Of a DNA stretch of 64,000 bases, positions 53,831 to 64,000 are shown piece by piece. The DNA is from Trichoplax sp. H2 (taxonomy: Eukaryota): contig NOWV01000103.1 in the NCBI GenBank assembly GCA_003344405.1, positions 124,001-188,000 of the forward strand, given 5' to 3'. Position numbers and translations under genes: made by a program. The notes under the pieces were generated by a model, which worked only from the letters and a program-made list of their open reading frames with translations, did no database searches and had not been told where the DNA came from. Each line of letters begins with the position of its first letter. Position 1 is the first letter of the stretch.

Positions 53831-54716
53831 GAGCAACACTATACTGTACGCGGATTATTCTGTCATAGACAGTGTAATCCATGCCTTATATAAGCCGTCA
53901 TGATAGGGTTCAGGTTAATTTCCATAATATACAGCAGTATTCTAAAGCTCGAATGAACTACTAGCATAGTTGATATGCCTGCCAGTGAAATGACACACAG
54001 GCAAATTCGTATACTTGAGATTACAGTAGCACTTATTACTATGCTGTCATGATCAATTAACATGCTGAAATCTTGAAGAAAAATAGAATTAATTAAAGCC
54101 AATGCAGGATAGCAGGGCATGTCATATTAAAGCTAGTTGAGCTTTCATGACATGCCCTATTATGATCATGATTATTATGCTGCCCAAGTATTCCATCATA
54201 CTGTACTAAGATTAGAATGCATCCAAGTTACTATGTAAATTACCGTAATACTACGGATAGATAGACATTCGCATATCGTGTTAATCTGTGTGCTACTGCA
54301 AGACTTTCCTCCGAAGTAGTTCCAAACTCATTACAATGCATAGAGCCTGACGTTGATTGTAAAGTTTGCATAGTAGCAAGCAGCTGATATGCCATCCAGC
54401 TGTTAACATGCTATCCTAACAAGAAGGATATCATCTGACAGTTCGAGTGTGTTTCAGCAATTAGACTGATTTTAAATTGAAGTAGTTTAAATGCAGAACT
54501 CAACGGTAAACCAGGACAACATATGTAGACCATGATATTAAAGTTGCACTATAGATAGTAGTCAATTACTGTAGGTCATACAACAATTAGTTGTAATAGA
54601 AGTTCAATTGCATTATAAGATTAGCCTGTTCGTTTTTACTGGAATCACCTTTACTTAAAAATCCCAAAATTACCGGATATCACATAAGAAGTGTAAACAA
54701 TTTGTTTAAAATGAAT

Positions 54717-59978
<5,262 letters not shown>

Positions 59979-60161
59979 TGTAGATTTTTTTTTCCCGTGT
60001 ACGGATCAACAACTTGGATGATAATTAAATGACAACCTGTCCACAACGGTAGCTACTTACTACTGCTGTGCTGTCAGGGGTTTTGTCAACACGGTACTGT
60101 ACTGTACGTACGCTGTTACCTCTTCACCTCTTGTGTTTACTTAATTAATAATAGGCCATGC

Positions 60162-60484
60162 CATGGACTACTAAAAAGAAGGGGCAGGAGACGGCTTCAG
60201 TGCAAAATAATATAGAGGCTTATTATTTTTGGGGGTGATTTTACTATACGCTACCGAGGAAACTGTATACTGTATTATACTGCTTAAATGTTAAAACTAA
60301 TTCAAACCAACTAGCGGGCTAATAGCAGCTAATTTGGATATCAATCGCGGACAGGATAGTGTACTGTACTGTACTATTACAGACATGCGATACAGTTGGA
60401 ATGACCAGTAAAATAATCAGCCACCAAATTATTACTAGAGTGAACAACCGTTTCCTCTTCCGTCTCTTTTTTTAGTAGGCCCTG
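60162..60484. mobile_element. Degenerate MITE/foldback (~320 bp) just upstream of ALDH paralog D
   Basis: Left end CATGGACTACTAAAAAG, right end reverse complement CAGGGCCTACTAAAAAAAG. The imperfect inverted arms extend ~90 bp. No TSD recognisable. Confidence 0.6.
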
Positions 60485-62074
60485 TCATATCCTTTGCGTC
60501 CAGTACTGTATCTTTGTAAACACGCAGCAGGGGTGCATGGCTTTTGCTATTGTAGTCAAAATCATGTGAGTAAGAAAAGTTGCACAGCATTTAATGCTAT
60601 ACATTTAATACTACCAACTTGATGGAGTCCATTGTACAACCCTCAAACTCCCACAAGCGCCGAACGCTTTAAGGAATGCTTCATGTAGTCATACTGTACT
60701 CAGGGTAGAATGTGTGTTGAGTCTACGACAGCAGATTTTATAAATCTTTTTTTCTTACTATTGTAGTTTCTGGCAAAATAGACGTGGTTCTGATCAGAGA
60801 TCAGTATTGACATTCTATATTGTATGTAAATACGCGTAGTTATGATCTCATCGATACGATTACTGTATGTACGAGCGAATAGTGTTGAGTCCATACTTAT
60901 GACTACATTTAGAATTGGATAATCCTAAGGAATGTTCTAGTCCATCCAGGTACTCCAAGGCAGTAACCATGTATTTATCTGTTTTAAGATATTGCTGTTT
61001 GCTTTGTTTTGCAAAGAACAACACAGATGAAGGAGTGGGTAGATATACTAGTATACAGTATGTATTACTCGTTAGTCCAAAGATTGGCCGATCATGCCTT
61101 TAAGATTATCCAAATCTAAGAAATGTCAATGAACAATATTGTACCACTACCCGAACCTCTAATACACACTATGCTGTTATTGCAGGGTCTTGTGCAATTG
61201 ATACAATCAAGACTCTCAATCTTGTAAACTAACTATTGAGGCGATTATTTAGTTAACATCGAAGATTTCTTCTAGCTGGAGGCTTTTATTACTAACATAA
61301 TATGACTAATCATCGTTCAATATCCAGCTACGGTACACGTACAAGCACGCTGTTCATTAATATTGTACACATACCACCGTATATAGCCTCAAAAAAATGA
61401 ATCAAGTTAGGCAATTAGACTACTCTATTAACAACGCTGAAGTACAGCATACGCGTACATATAGGTTACGGCCAATGTCCGAAGTTGGCCAATACGCGTA
61501 ATGGCCGATATATATATATAATGAGATTTGCCCACAAACCTGTATACGTGCTGTTTTAATAAATTTTCTGCAATTAATTATCTTAAAATGCTGAAAGTAG
61601 AACTACTGCCAGAGATATAGAGGAGGCAGTGGTATTTACTGCATTGCTTATATAGGATAAGCGCACTCTTATAGTAATTATAATTTATAGAGATAAAGTC
61701 CTGAACGCATATTCAGAACTTATTGTCATCGCGTTCACAGTAACGATTCAAATCTATCGAGATACGGATCATCTGCCGGTGTAAACTTTTATAGTAATAG
61801 ATAATTTTTACTTCCGGTAGTCCAATTTTATTCCCCTCGTAGCTGTGTATGTCACTGTATAACATTTTCCAGCTTTAAATATTTATGTAAAACAATTATC
61901 TGCATGCAAAGTAGTTTTATAGTTTCGGTTGTATACAAAAATTTGCAATAACAAAAGTACCACAACAGTAGTGATCATTTACACTTATCGCATAAGGATA
62001 AAAAAGTACAGCAGATAGCTCGGAAATATTCGTAACTTACTAAACAGATTAATTTAAGGGATTCGTACTTTACA

Positions 62075-64000
62075 TTAATCTGATTTTGATTTTGACTTAA
62101 TCGCAAAATAGGCCAGAATTCCAGCAACAGTTGGCATATTCTATTGAAACAAATGACAGAAATTAGCTATTAAGGTTAAGGTTAATAAGAGTGATATCAG
62201 GTGTATTTTAGACCAAAACATTTTTTAGACGATTAATACACATATCGTGAGACTTTTAGGGAGTGATGTATTTGGTAATTAGTATCACCTGAACGACGAG
62301 ATATACAACCCCAACATATGCCGCAATTCCAATAGCTAGGAAGAGATCAAATAAAGCTGGCTTGACCCTACCAATGGTGTAATCGTAAAAATCCAGTCAA
62401 TGTCACATGTAATGATTGTTTCATTAATAATATTCAACAAGGTATCTTGTATAAGAGCTTATTAGCTAAATATTACCTGTATGCATGTAACTGCATTAGT
62501 GAAGAATCATAAAATATGAATTCCGGGTCCCTATGCAACATTTGAAACATTTCTTTATTAGTACGTTCATGTTATTAATTAAGTAAAGTATTACGCAGAA
62601 AATACTATATAATCATCAATAAATCATTATAGTTATATGCAGTAACTTTAATTTATTGATCAAAAATTAATTGTACTTTTTATCAGGGCGCATGATAATT
62701 TTTTTCACATCTTTTAGGTGGGCTGTCATGACCTAAGCAGTAATAAAATTAGTGTGTAAAAATTTTACTCGGCGGACAGAAATAATAAGTTAAAATCTTA
62801 TGGTACCTGTTCAAAAGCGTTCAATAAATTATGATCTTTTCCGAATAATTGCGCTCCTCTGGGCTGCTTTGTAAGTTGATGCATCCAGGTTTCGATGAAA
62901 TCACGATGTAATGACTTAAATAGAAATTGTACAAATTTGCATTAAATAGGTGGCATGCAATATCGATTAACCATCAAATATGCGTTAGATGAAGCAGTCA
63001 CTATACATATGTATTAACTCAGTACAAACCAATTCATCTGTTAATAATTGAAATTGCTGTTCTTGTAGCTACAAGTAACGATAAAAGTAGGAGATTCTTA
63101 AAAGGTAGGGTTATGACTGAAGTTATAATTATCAGCGAGATAAAGAGTGAACTATAAAATATTTCATTAAAATTTACCTGAGATGAAAGGTTAAATATAT
63201 AGCGTGCAACAGATTCTCCAATAAATTTTACATTTTTCTCAATGATATCAACATTGGCTTCGAATCTGCCGTGAGAAGGTGCTGATTAGCTATAAATTAT
63301 TACAATAGCATGATAACAAGTTAACTATTACATGATCGCTTAGACCACTAATGCTGACCTAGTATCCGAGATAGTTCGCCGTCCTTTATCTACGTGATGA
63401 TTAAAGTGTGAGATTGTTCCGGAAGGCAGACGTCTGAGTGAAAATCTTTCATGCTCCCAGGAAAGCAAATCCTCTCCTAAGTTAATCTTCTTATGTATCA
63501 TCGTGAAGTTGATTCCAAGCATTTCAGCAGTTTGTTTGAATTCCTATAACGGTTCATGATATAGTATTTGCTGATATTAGCGTGTAGACTTCACAAAAAT
63601 AATGCTAATCACGTATATAAATTAACCTTTACAAGAGCATAACCAGCAGTATCTTCCTTAGGTGGTTTCGATACATGGAGATGTAAATTTTCTGAACGAC
63701 CAATGGAATCGATACATACAACGTAGTCAACGTCGGTCAATAGGTTGGAATCTAGGTCACAAAGGATTCAGCGGAGATTACATCATAGTACGTATCTCTT
63801 TCCATTTATCAATCTACACTAATACCTGCAGAATCTAATTCTTCTTCAATCCACTTTTTTGTTCCGTGATAATTAAAATTTCCACCCGCCGTGAGGACAA
63901 AGAGTAAGTTGTATCTAATAGAAGATATGTCAGCGTCAATACTATTTATCGCTATCCATTAGTAAACTTATTCTTCACAAGAAATCATACCTTGATCGCA
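62075..64000 (-). CDS. NCLN: Nicalin, 3' part (5' end lies beyond the window); exons ...-63991, 63914-63826, 63751-63627, 63543-63359, 63265-63178, 63068-63030, 62914-62807, 62732-62677, 62530-62477, 62367-62289, 62140-62075
   Basis: [87 protein letters not shown] (transmembrane segment), and a C-terminal KSKSD matching the KxKxx ER-retrieval motif. Confidence 0.93.

Overview
AT-rich, intron-rich eukaryotic DNA with compact genes and short GT-AG introns. The style and gene content suggest an early-branching animal such as the placozoan Trichoplax (inference). Most ORFs in the supplied track are exon fragments or antisense noise, so I built gene models by hand from splice sites. Left to right: a single-exon strawberry-notch (SBNO-family) helicase-like gene with an unusual PIP-like + UBZ zinc-finger tail; a 3-exon low-complexity orphan gene; PPTC7; ZCCHC9 (-); a purple acid phosphatase ACP7; a ~29 kb minus-strand tandem cluster of ALDH1/2-family aldehyde dehydrogenases; and the 3' part of nicalin (-). 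The ALDH cluster has an orphan exon 1, two or three near-identical A-type copies broken by two N gaps, and two complete divergent paralogs, C and D. Top findings: the SBNO-PIP-UBZ architecture; ALDH paralogs spanning ALDH2-like narrow to ALDH1A/retinal-like wide channel signatures while carrying both the ALDH1- and ALDH2-type introns; a chimeric ALDH probably made by unequal crossover; and a family of tiny hAT-like palindromic elements.
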